A DNA stretch of 63,080 nt, filler included. It is 5 parts of 5 records of this genome, joined end to end, with 100 filler letters (N's around TTAATTAATTAA, not from the genome) between each part and the next. Parts side by side here need not be neighbours in the genome. Positions count along the whole stretch, not along the records: positions 33,083 to 42,695 come from SRR31156797_6956; positions 42,796 to 54,908 come from SRR31156797_6961; 3 more parts are not named here. One strand, written 5' to 3'. The notes under the pieces are model-generated. The model was not told the origin of the DNA and did not search any database. It saw only the letters and a program-made list of their open reading frames with translations. Below are positions 40,508 to 50,400 of this stretch, piece by piece. The position numbers were made by a program, and so were the translations under genes. The number at the start of each line of letters is the position of its first letter. Positions within the stretch are counted from its first letter, which is position 1.

Positions 40508-41884
40508 TTATAGTAAATTAATTGCTTTTTCTGCTTCTCTATATACTTCTCTAATTGATACACCAAATTCCTGAGCTGCTTTTTTACACTCTTCATACTC
40601 AGCTTTGTATTTAGCTACATCTTTATAGATAGATTTTTTAATCGTTAAATCTCCAAATTTAGTATTTACTTTGATAAACTCTCTCTTAAGTACTACTTTT
40701 TCCACTTCATATTTTCTAAATCCAATTGAAGTAGTCTCTTTGAAGATAACATCCATAACTTCCTCTTCTTTTTCAATAGAATAAAGAATTGTAAGTTTAA
40801 CAGCTGCTCTTCCCTTCTTCATAACAATTGGAGTTTTATATACATCTCTTGCTCCGTTTGCAAGCAGTTTCTCTTCAACATATTGATAAAGTTCAGGGTT
40901 CATATCATCAATATTCGTCTCAAGGATGTATTGCTTTCCTCTTTCAATAGTTGATTCTTTTTTTTGATTTTCATCAGCATTTTCTTCTACATTACCTAAA
41001 TATACTCTAAGTACATTTGGTACTTCAAGCTCTCTGGTTCCAAGCCCATATGCTGTTTTCTCTATTTGGAAATCTATATTATCAGTATATTCCTCTACAG
41101 TTGCAGATAAAATTGCAGCTCCTGTAGGTGTCGTTGTTTCTGATTGAACCAGTCCGGTTTTTACAGGAACACCGTATAATATCTCCACAGTTGCCGGTGC
41201 CGGTACAGGGATTTTTCCATGTGCACAATTTACAAATCCTCCACCCAGCTGAACCGATGATGCCATAATCTTATCTACTTTTAGATAATCCAAACAAATT
41301 GCAGCTCCAACAATATCAACAATAGAATCAGTTGCACCTACTTCATGGAAATGAACTTCATCAATAGATTTACCATGGACTTTAGCTTCTGCTGCTGCAA
41401 CTTCCATGAACATTTTAATTGCCATTTCTTTTACTTCTATTTTCAGCTCACTTGAATTAATAATTTTCGTTATATTAGTTAAATTTCTATGTTCGTGATG
41501 GTGTTCATGGCTATGTGAATGATCATGAGTATGATGATGATCGTGTTTGTGATCATGCGAATGTTTTTCCCCATGATGATGGTGGTGATGTCCATGGCCT
41601 TTACATCCTGAATGATCATGATGTTCTCCGTCTTTATGAGCATGACCATGTTTATGCTTTCCACAACATTTATGTTCTTTCTCACTTGCTAATATAACAT
41701 CTACTTTTGTACCGCTTATACCCTTTTTAAGCTTCTTCTCTATTTTTAGCTCAAACTCTTCGTTAATATTTAATTTAGCTAGTTCTGTTTTTAGATAATC
41801 CGCATCTACGCCAAGATCAATTAAGGCTCCAAGGTTCATATCTCCGCTTATTCCACAAAAGCAATCATAGTAAAGTATTCTCAT
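40508..41884 (-). CDS. larC: Nickel insertase with His-rich insert
   Basis: GISGDM, AEAKVHG, HFHEVG, HG.IPVPAPAT, ETNIDD, MKKGR. Confidence 0.95.
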   Translation of the reverse strand: MRILYYDCFCGISGDMNLGALIDLGVDADYLKTELAKLNINEEFELKIEKKLKKGISGTKVDVILASEKEHKCCGKHKHGHAHKDGEHHDHSGCKGHGHHHHHHGEKHSHDHKHDHHHTHDHSHSHEHHHEHRNLTNITKIINSSELKIEVKEMAIKMFMEVAAAEAKVHGKSIDEVHFHEVGATDSIVDIVGAAICLDYLKVDKIMASSVQLGGGFVNCAHGKIPVPAPATVEILYGVPVKTGLVQSETTTPTGAAILSATVEEYTDNIDFQIEKTAYGLGTRELEVPNVLRVYLGNVEENADENQKKESTIERGKQYILETNIDDMNPELYQYVEEKLLANGARDVYKTPIVMKKGRAAVKLTILYSIEKEEEVMDVIFKETTSIGFRKYEVEKVVLKREFIKVNTKFGDLTIKKSIYKDVAKYKAEYEECKKAAQEFGVSIREVYREAEKAINLL

Positions 41885-41903
41885 TTATTATCTCACTCTC
41901 TTT

Positions 41904-42632
41904 TTAAATTATATTATGTTCTCTCAAGAACTCTTCATTATTAATAATTTCCTTATAATTCCCATCCCTGGCAATTGAATGTTCCTCTGAAAACACAATT
42001 GCTCGCTCAAATATTCCTTCTATATACTCAAAATCATGAGTTGCGCAGATTATAGTTTTTCCTGCTCTATTAAGCGTCCCAAGCAACTCTTTCAGAAATC
42101 TTTTTCCCTTTGGATCGATACCGTTCATTGGTTCATCCAGGATAATCACTTCAGGATTCATCGCCAGTACACTTGCAATTGCTGTTCTCTTTTTCTCTCC
42201 TCCGCTTAAATTATATGGAATCTCATCACGAAGTTTGGTTATGTTCAATAAATTCATACAGTCATTAACTCTAGTGTCTATCTCTTGCTCACTAAGTTCC
42301 ATCTGCATAGGTCCAAATGCTATTTCTTCATAAACACTTGAACAGAACAATTGTGTTTCAGAATTTTGAAAGATAAAACCCAGTTTTTGATGAAACTCTT
42401 TGGAAAATTTATTATTTCTTAATTTTTTCTCGTTTATTAATTTATTCTTATATCTGTATTCGCCTTCATTTGGGAAGATTAGACCGTTTATTAGTTTTAA
42501 AAAAGTTGATTTTCCACTTCCATTTGCGCCGATTAAAGCAACAGACTCGCCTTTTTTTATATTAATATTTATATTTTTTAATGCTGGTTTATTTTTGTAA
42601 TTAAAACTTATGTTTTTTAACTCTATACTCAT
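41904..42632 (-). CDS. ECF-type Ni/Co transporter ATPase (CbiO/NikO-like)
   Basis: GANGSGKST, FQN..QLF, EIAFGP, LSGGEKKR, LDEP. Confidence 0.88.
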   Translation of the reverse strand: MSIELKNISFNYKNKPALKNININIKKGESVALIGANGSGKSTFLKLINGLIFPNEGEYRYKNKLINEKKLRNNKFSKEFHQKLGFIFQNSETQLFCSSVYEEIAFGPMQMELSEQEIDTRVNDCMNLLNITKLRDEIPYNLSGGEKKRTAIASVLAMNPEVIILDEPMNGIDPKGKRFLKELLGTLNRAGKTIICATHDFEYIEGIFERAIVFSEEHSIARDGNYKEIINNEEFLREHNII

Positions 42633-42695
42633 ATTTCTCCTTATTCTACTTCTGTATCAAGATCAAAACCTTACTTTTTTCTTGATAAAAAAGTA

Positions 42696-42795
42696 NNNNN
42701 NNNNNNNNNNNNNNNNNNNNNNNNNNNNNNNNNNNNNNNTTAATTAATTAANNNNNNNNNNNNNNNNNNNNNNNNNNNNNNNNNNNNNNNNNNNN
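42696..42795. other. Artificial contig spacer
   Basis: N/TTAATTAATTAA/N. Confidence 0.99.
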
Positions 42796-42810
42796 CACTT
42801 AAAAAGATTC

Positions 42811-42842
42811 AAGGCTTTCAGCATTCTGCTGAAAGCCTTTTT
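42811..42842 (+). terminator. Intrinsic terminator at contig start
   Basis: AAGGCTTTCAGCA-TTC-TGCTGAAAGCCTT plus T-run. Confidence 0.8.
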
Positions 42843-43200
42843 GGTTTCAACATCACTTCTTTTCCAACCCTCATAGCTCAAATATAAAACTTGGACCCCG
42901 TTCGAGAGTTACACTACAAGCATCAGCCTCTTTCGACTCAGAACAAAATAGTGAGCTGGCTACCATATGCCCTGGCTGATGAAAGGAATATAGGTAGGTA
43001 AAAAGACTGTAGCTTATACCCTAATTTATCGGCTTAACATTGCCCTCCTATTTTGCTAAATTTGGTATCAAAGAAAGGATTGAATTTTTTTTTCGATGTA
43101 AATAATCAATTTCCTTATTTTATAAGGTTCTCAAATATATTTCCCTTTACAAATAGAGAGCGGTTAAATAAGTACTTTTAAAGTAATATTAGGTAAAAAA

Positions 43201-44460
43201 ATGATGACAGACAACGTAAAAGCAAAAAATTGTATTTCTCTATTTACTGGTGCGGGTGGGTTAGATTTGGGGCTTGAGAAAGCAGGTTTTAATTGCAGGC
43301 TCTGTGTTGAATGCGATAGCGACTGCTTAACAACTTTATCAACAAATAGGCCCAATTGGCTAATAGCTAAGCCTAACGACATTTGTAAGATTCGTTCTGC
43401 TGATCTCCTTAAACAAGCAGGCCTATCTGTAGGAAATGTTGACCTACTTGCAGGGGGGGCGCCTTGTCAACCTTTTTCAATGTCCGGATACTGGGTAAAC
43501 GGTGACTCTAAAAGGCTATTAGATAACAGATCTTTAACAATAAATCATTTTATGAGGATAGTCGAAGGTACACTACCAAAGACTATTTTATTTGAGAATG
43601 TAAAAGGCATTGGTTTTAAAAAAAAGGATGAAGCCCTAAAGTATATTGGCAATGAATTTAAAAAAATTAATAAAAAACATTCAACAAAATATTCACCAAA
43701 AACCTTTGTCCTTACTGCCTCAGATTTTGGAGTTCCACAAAAAAGAGAAAGATTATTCATAATCGCAGAACGAAACGGAAGAGAATTTAACGTTCCGGAG
43801 GCAACGCATTTACCAAAGCTTCAAGCCAGGGACATCAATAATGGGAAAAAGACTCAGAATACAGCTTGGGACGCAATTGGAGATTTAGATCCTCTAAGTA
43901 AAAACGTTCCTTCCGATCTTCAACTGAAAGGCAAATGGGGTGATTTAATTCCAAGTATACCTGAGGGCCAAAATTACCTTTGGCATACAGACAGAGGGGG
44001 TGGAGTGCCAATCTTTGGATGGAGAACTCGGTATTGGTCTTTTTTGTTGAAGTTATCAAAGTTCGAACCATCTTGGACGCTACAAGCAACCCCTGGGCCT
44101 GCTACGGGTCCGTTTCACTGGAGCAACAGGTTGTTATCTATACGAGAGTTATGTCGGCTTCAAACTTTTCCTGATGACTATATTATTCATGGCACTTATC
44201 GTTCGGCCGTCAAGCAAATTGGCAACTCTATTCCACCGGCAATTGGCGAGTTGCTCGGAAAGCAAATTCTCTATCAGTTTTTTAAACGTCAAATAGACCA
44301 AAAGTTAGTTCTTTTACCAGAAAAAAAATGCACAAGAAACATCAAGGCCGAAGTTGTAATGGATGTTCCTCAAAAGTACACGCAATTGATTGGTAAACAC
44401 GCACCACATCCGGGAGTAGGTAAAGGGCCAAGAAAGGCTCAAATGAATCCAAACATTTAG
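43201..44460 (+). CDS. DNA (cytosine-5)-methyltransferase
   Basis: Motif I SLFTGAGG, IV GAPCQPFS, VI ENVKG, VIII VPQKRER, IX RE..RLQTFPD, X QIGNS.PP. Confidence 0.97.
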   Translation: MMTDNVKAKNCISLFTGAGGLDLGLEKAGFNCRLCVECDSDCLTTLSTNRPNWLIAKPNDICKIRSADLLKQAGLSVGNVDLLAGGAPCQPFSMSGYWVNGDSKRLLDNRSLTINHFMRIVEGTLPKTILFENVKGIGFKKKDEALKYIGNEFKKINKKHSTKYSPKTFVLTASDFGVPQKRERLFIIAERNGREFNVPEATHLPKLQARDINNGKKTQNTAWDAIGDLDPLSKNVPSDLQLKGKWGDLIPSIPEGQNYLWHTDRGGGVPIFGWRTRYWSFLLKLSKFEPSWTLQATPGPATGPFHWSNRLLSIRELCRLQTFPDDYIIHGTYRSAVKQIGNSIPPAIGELLGKQILYQFFKRQIDQKLVLLPEKKCTRNIKAEVVMDVPQKYTQLIGKHAPHPGVGKGPRKAQMNPNI

Positions 44461-44479
44461 AAATAGAGTCTAAACAATC

Positions 44480-46447
44480 ATGGTAAAAAAAAATGAGATC
44501 TTATTAGCTCAGTTTTTATGGGAGTTACCTGTTGTCCAAGAAGAGCAATCCAGATTAGGTGAACTTTTAAAAAATCCTGAATCGCTACCACATAAAATCT
44601 ATCAAAAATTTGCATTACGATCAAAAAAATTTCAAGAGGCGAGCAAACTTTTTCAAAAACACATTCGCGGTTTTACACCAGGAAGGGCAAGTTACTATCC
44701 GGAGGCCCAAAAATACATTTTAAAAGAGCTAATCGAGAATAGCGCTCGGACTTATGGCTGGAGTGCATATCGACATGCTATAGATACCTGGCTTTCTGAG
44801 GAATTACCAATATTAGACGCGACTTTAAATGAAGTCCTTATTGATAAAAAGATAGAGTTAACATCTAAAAATTTCTTATTAGCTGTATTAGATTCTGCGG
44901 CGGATTATGATATCGAGCCTTCTGATCTGAAAAAACTCTATGAAGTTTGGCCACTGGAGAGAATCGATGGATTTGATGATTTGCTAAAGGAATGCAAAGC
45001 ATTGGCTCTTCCTGTCCTTAATCGTAAGGGCTTAAGGCAACTAAATAAAAAATTATCTGAGATCGAAAGTGAACTCGATGAATTTAAATCCAAAATAAAA
45101 AAGTCCGAACTCAAGGAAAAGAAAGATAAAAAGACAATCGATCAAAAAGTCAGTTGTAAAGTATTAGATATTGAAGCCAGCATTGAAAAGCTTCAGCGTC
45201 AAATTTCTCAAAAGTCAGACAGCCAAAAAGAATACGTTAACACTAAAAATCAAGAGACCAGTGAATCATTAGCTCAAACCATCCAAGAAATCAAAAAAGC
45301 ATGCGAAAACAAATGTAACATAAAATCAACGAATTGTTCCTCGAGCCTCGAGAAGCAAATAAATGATGATCGAGAAGAGCACGCAAAAAAAATCAACGAA
45401 TTAAAAAAAAGAATTTTAGGGGTTCAGAATGCTCTTGCGGAGACTCTTGATGAGGTAGGTGAGCACTTAAACACAAAGTTGTCTGGAATAGAAGAATCTG
45501 TTGATCTCAAAATTCAGGAAATTGATCGTAAACTAATTAGCCACAGTAGCTCTTTGGAGAATGATGCATTTTTAGACGAGCATTTTAGTTTGGCAAGTGA
45601 TGTTGAGTTGAAGCATGACAATAATGAAACTGACTTCATTCTAAGGTTCTCATATTATCTAAATCGTTTCAACATAGAACTAAGCAGACAAGAAGAGCTT
45701 GCTTGGCATATTTATCTAAAAGAGAACCCTATCCTGATAATTAATGACAGGCGAATTTTAGATGCTTGGTTTAATGCACTGGGTTGGACTCGTCTCCCGA
45801 TTAAGTTCGCTGCGTCACCAAGATGGAGTTCTCCTAATCATTGGCATAAAAACGCACTATCTTTGCTTCAGATGGATCGAACTTTGCCAATTATTATTGA
45901 GATTTTTAATTTCGATGTAGGTTTGATAGAAGGCTATCTATTACCAACTCTGACTCTCTGGAAAGAATCTGGGTTTAAAGGTGGCATAGGAAATAAGATA
46001 ATTCTACACCCATCTAATCACATGACTAAGAGCGACCTTTTGTTGGTCAGTGAATACGGTAATTGCTTGGGAGCATCATCCAATAAAACTGATATTAGCC
46101 ATTATTTAAATTATAGTGTGTCAAAATTTTCATTAAACGATCGCCGAGATCACCCCCCTATCACTACTGTGACTTTGAATGATTGGGAACCTCCTCTTAA
46201 AAAAAACAATGATTCCCTATTTGAGAAATTCATAGAAGATTGCATTAGTTTTTTCGATGAAACGGATATAAAACCGCCAGTCCAAATTTATAATAGGCTG
46301 CCCACAATATTTGCGAAATATGGAGAGAAGTTCTTGCTCAACGAATCCCTCTATTCTTCATTTAAGAATATATTTATCACTCCATGGTTAGATGGTTTGG
46401 AAGCTCTCGATGATTCACATCTATCTTGGGATTCTGATGAGCAATAA
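44480..46447 (+). CDS. Unknown coiled-coil protein with possible degenerate AAA+/McrB-like C-terminus
   Basis: 655-aa ORF; charged heptad-like region around aa 180-350; starts 19 nt after the MTase. Confidence 0.8.
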   Translation: MVKKNEILLAQFLWELPVVQEEQSRLGELLKNPESLPHKIYQKFALRSKKFQEASKLFQKHIRGFTPGRASYYPEAQKYILKELIENSARTYGWSAYRHAIDTWLSEELPILDATLNEVLIDKKIELTSKNFLLAVLDSAADYDIEPSDLKKLYEVWPLERIDGFDDLLKECKALALPVLNRKGLRQLNKKLSEIESELDEFKSKIKKSELKEKKDKKTIDQKVSCKVLDIEASIEKLQRQISQKSDSQKEYVNTKNQETSESLAQTIQEIKKACENKCNIKSTNCSSSLEKQINDDREEHAKKINELKKRILGVQNALAETLDEVGEHLNTKLSGIEESVDLKIQEIDRKLISHSSSLENDAFLDEHFSLASDVELKHDNNETDFILRFSYYLNRFNIELSRQEELAWHIYLKENPILIINDRRILDAWFNALGWTRLPIKFAASPRWSSPNHWHKNALSLLQMDRTLPIIIEIFNFDVGLIEGYLLPTLTLWKESGFKGGIGNKIILHPSNHMTKSDLLLVSEYGNCLGASSNKTDISHYLNYSVSKFSLNDRRDHPPITTVTLNDWEPPLKKNNDSLFEKFIEDCISFFDETDIKPPVQIYNRLPTIFAKYGEKFLLNESLYSSFKNIFITPWLDGLEALDDSHLSWDSDEQ

Positions 46448-47408
46448 TTCAAAATTTAGCCGCTGTCTAATAGCTTTATTAGCTTTTTATAAGACAGGAG
46501 ACTTTCAAACGTTCAAAGTGGTTCTATACAGAGCGTTTGATTATTTGAATTTGAGCATTTCAGATGAGAGCTTTAAACGTATTTCATACATACTTTTCAA
46601 TAGATTAACCACTTTTGGGATACTTGAGACTGCAAGACATAAAGGTCGTACAATGTGGGATTTTTGTGGACCATCTGTGCTTGAAGTAGCAGAAAATGAG
46701 TTTTTTTTTATAGCGGATCAAGTTGCTGTTGACCGGGTCGCTGATAGTTTGGATAAGAAAACCGAAGTTTTTGAGCACATAATATGTAAAATTCCTGATA
46801 AATTCTTACCTGGTAGCTTTTCTTTCGTGATTCCAAAATTTTTAATTAAAAGTAGAACACCAAAGGATTTTGATTCCTCCAAAACTATTTCAGTTGTCGA
46901 CCTAAAGAAATTTGACCTATTCAAAATTCTTCCCCCAATTGAAAAGGTATCTTCAGAAATCACCGAGGATGAAAGTTTTTTGATCCCTGAGAATAATTCT
47001 CTTGAAATATTTAATTTTAAGAAAATGAATTGGGTTTCAATCTCCTTAGATTCTTTAGAAGAAAAAGGCTTTTACAGGATGACAAATCCATTTAGAGAAA
47101 AGTCCTATTTTGTTACAGATTTAAAGGGAAAGGTGAAAAGACTACCAGGAAAAGAGTGGGCATTTTTTCTTGCATGCTTCATCCTGGGGATCAAATTACG
47201 TCTCGTTTATAATAATAAAACAGGGATTTTAGAAGTACCCCATAGTTGCTTCAACCATTCTCCTTTGATCGTAAAAAGAGCTTTAATAATGCCGTCCTTC
47301 GAATGGCCCGATTTTAAGAATGGTTATTATCATATTTCCGAAATCAAATCTGAAAAAATTATCCAATTATCAGCCATGATGAAAATATTTAGGATTAGTT
47401 ATGAATGA
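46437..47408 (+). CDS. Unknown protein (DruD-like in size and position)
   Basis: ATG 46437 overlaps the upstream gene end; its own stop overlaps the helicase start. Confidence 0.75.
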   Translation: MSNNSKFSRCLIALLAFYKTGDFQTFKVVLYRAFDYLNLSISDESFKRISYILFNRLTTFGILETARHKGRTMWDFCGPSVLEVAENEFFFIADQVAVDRVADSLDKKTEVFEHIICKIPDKFLPGSFSFVIPKFLIKSRTPKDFDSSKTISVVDLKKFDLFKILPPIEKVSSEITEDESFLIPENNSLEIFNFKKMNWVSISLDSLEEKGFYRMTNPFREKSYFVTDLKGKVKRLPGKEWAFFLACFILGIKLRLVYNNKTGILEVPHSCFNHSPLIVKRALIMPSFEWPDFKNGYYHISEIKSEKIIQLSAMMKIFRISYE

Positions 47409-50400
47409 TATCACAAAAGTATCCGAAAAAACTAAAGAGAGCATCCTGTCATATATTAATACAGCCTACCATACGAACGATGACACATTTAACTCGGTCC
47501 GAAATGATTTTTTGACACAAAAAAATGGTCCTATTTTTAAAGAGCCTTTTTACGAGCTAATCCAGAGATATCAGTCTTCCGAAATAACACTCTCCAGCTT
47601 TCTTAAAAAAGAAGTTCTTGGCCAATCTAAGATTCCAGATGAAGTCACAAAAGATTTCATCCAGTTCTTTGAAAGTTTTGGAATTGAGTATCCCTTTACC
47701 CATCAGCTGGAATCAATTCATGAATGTATTAAAAGCAAAAATAATATTGTTGTAACAACAGGTACAGGCTCTGGAAAAACTTATTGTTTCTTAATGCCAT
47801 TAATAACAAATTTATTGATGGAGGCTATTGGGGCGCACAATAGAGTGCCATGGAATGCAGCAGGTTCTTGTTACACGGCTCCATGGTGGAAGGAATCAAA
47901 TTCAAATTTTAGACCCATCAGAAATCAGACAAACAGAACCCCAGCTATTCGGTGTTTGCTTGTCTACCCTTTGAATGCTTTAGTTCAAGATCAAATCGAG
48001 AGCTTAAGAGAGTTATTGAATTCAGACCAAGCTGAGGCCTTTTATGACAAGCATATGAAAGGCGATAGGATATTTTTCGGACAGTACAATGGAATGACTG
48101 AGGGGCTTGGTAGTCCTTCAAATATGACTATTCGCAATAGAGCTAAGGCTTTTCTTAGAACTTTAGAAAAAGAAGCTAAAGAAGCAGACCCGAAACACGC
48201 AAAGAGGATTCAAAAAACGTTTGGTAGCGAACTCCTCTTACGATGGGACATGCAACTGACTCCTCCGGATGTCCTTATCACAAACTTTACGATGCTCTCT
48301 ATAATGTTAGTTCGGGAAAGAGAGCAAGCAATGCTCGCAAAAACCAAGCAATGGCTTGAAGAAAGTGAAGATAACATCTTTTATTTGGTTTTAGATGAAT
48401 TACATAGCTACAGAGGGACAGCGGGTTCAGAGATATCGTATACAATAAAAACCTTTATAGAAAGGATTGGACTACATCCGAACCATAATCAACTACGTAT
48501 TATAGCTACTTCTGCTTCTCTGGAAGGTGAAAGTGATAAACCTGGGCTTGATCCTCAATTTTTGCAAGAATTTTTTGGGACAAAAAGTGATAAAAAATCG
48601 TTTTCAATAATCGAAGGCGATAAAGTGGAATATAAACCTATTCAAATCAACGAGCTGTCGGACCTGTCTGAAAATTTCGAAGTGTTCGAAAAATCTGAGA
48701 AATCAGAAAGGGACATGAGTAAATTAGTTTCGGAATTGGAGTATAGAGGTTATCTGCCAGTCACAAAGATGAATGAGACAGATTTTTTTGAAAATCTGTT
48801 GTTCTCTTTAGAAAAAAATCTTTTAGCCCAATCCCCAAGTGCAATTGAGTTGGCAGGTCATCCTTTTACAATCGATGATATTGCAAATTACATTTTTAAT
48901 GGCAATACAAATGCCGGAAGAGGTTTAATTGCTTATTTGTCAACCCAGATGAAATTGCAAAGAGATTTCAAAGGAAAGCTAAGACAACATTTATTCGTTA
49001 AAAACCTTCAAGGTATTAAGCAAGCCATGCATATCCAAGATGGCAAGCTATCTGGGATTAAACTTTATGAAACATCCTCAAATTATTGTCATGAAACGAC
49101 ATCGATAACTTTAGATGTGCTTTATTGTCAGGTCTGCGGTGAAATCTATTACCGTGGTTATAAGAATAATTCCGTTGAAAAAGGATTATTTTTAACAAAC
49201 CAAATTCTTAATCCTAAAGAAGTCCAAAATTACATCTATCTGAATTTTTCAAAAGAGAGATTAAGAAGCTGTTCCGATAGAGAAATTTGGCAAACAGATT
49301 ATTATTTTAATGGTGTTTCAGGGCAAATTATCAGTGCTGCTGACCATGGGCAGAAATCGAACAAAGAGCGGTATGCCAAAATTAATTTTCATATTTGCCG
49401 CGAGAATAAAGTGCCATCCACATGTCCTTCTTGTGATACTACCTGGGCACAGAGAGGTGACAAAATAACTTCTCCACTGCGCACAATGGGTACTGGTTAC
49501 CAAAAATTAAATCAGGTAATTATTGAACAATTGATGCTCTGTTTACATGGCTCCAATGATCCTCAAAAGACTGTGATATTCAGTGATAGTCGCAGAAGTG
49601 CTGCTTTAGTTGCTGCTGAATTGGAATTCAATCACTACAGAGATTCGATTCGGGGAACTGTTGAAGACATACTCGAGGTAGGCCATGAATCTCAGCTCCT
49701 TTTGAAAGACTTTGTTGATAAATTAAAAAAGGAGGACTATACAGCCCTCCTTGATCACCCATTTAGAAGCAGATACCCTCAAGATTCTATTCTCGTCGAA
49801 TACTATTATCGGGGGGTTCTTGAACAGAAACCACTTGAGATAGAAAAAGCAAAAAAGATCTTATCTAAAGGTACTAAACAGTACTTTCCAATCTCATGGA
49901 TAACTAATGAATGCTTCGAGCGTTTTATTAAGGTCGGTATAAATCCAACAGGCGTGCGTAGAGACAATTCTGATATTACCTTTTGGCCAAGACTATTAAA
50001 ATCCAGAGAAGAACAAATGGATTCTTCGTATGAAGCTGAACTTAAGAAAATAAAAATTAGTTTGGATTCAGAAATCAGAAAGGTAATAACAGATTCCATG
50101 GGTAGAGACTTTGAATCCCTCGGCTTCGGATGGCTAACTTTCGATCGAGAGCGGCTTTCACCTCTCCAGAAAACCGATGAATATATAGGTTTCATAGATT
50201 CTTTAATCCGATTTCTCTCATTTTATTACAAAACTCGTAGAGGGGAGCACTACGTCTCAGAAGGATGCGACTTCCTACCAAAGTATTTTACACAATGGGT
50301 AGGAGAAACGTTCCCAAGTTATTTCTCTATGATTGATCAAGAGTCTGTCTCAGACGAAATAAAAGATCATCTGCTTCCTTTAGGCGTTATCGATGATCGA

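Noticed and set aside
41490-41680. CAT/GAT-rich low-complexity DNA as a repeat array
   Set aside because: Explained by the His-rich coding segment of larC.
42976-42985. CTGATGA as a hammerhead ribozyme core
   Set aside because: No stem II followed by GAAA.
42633-43200. Functional link between the lar or WYL genes and the defence operon
   Set aside because: They are on different contigs, separated by an artificial spacer.
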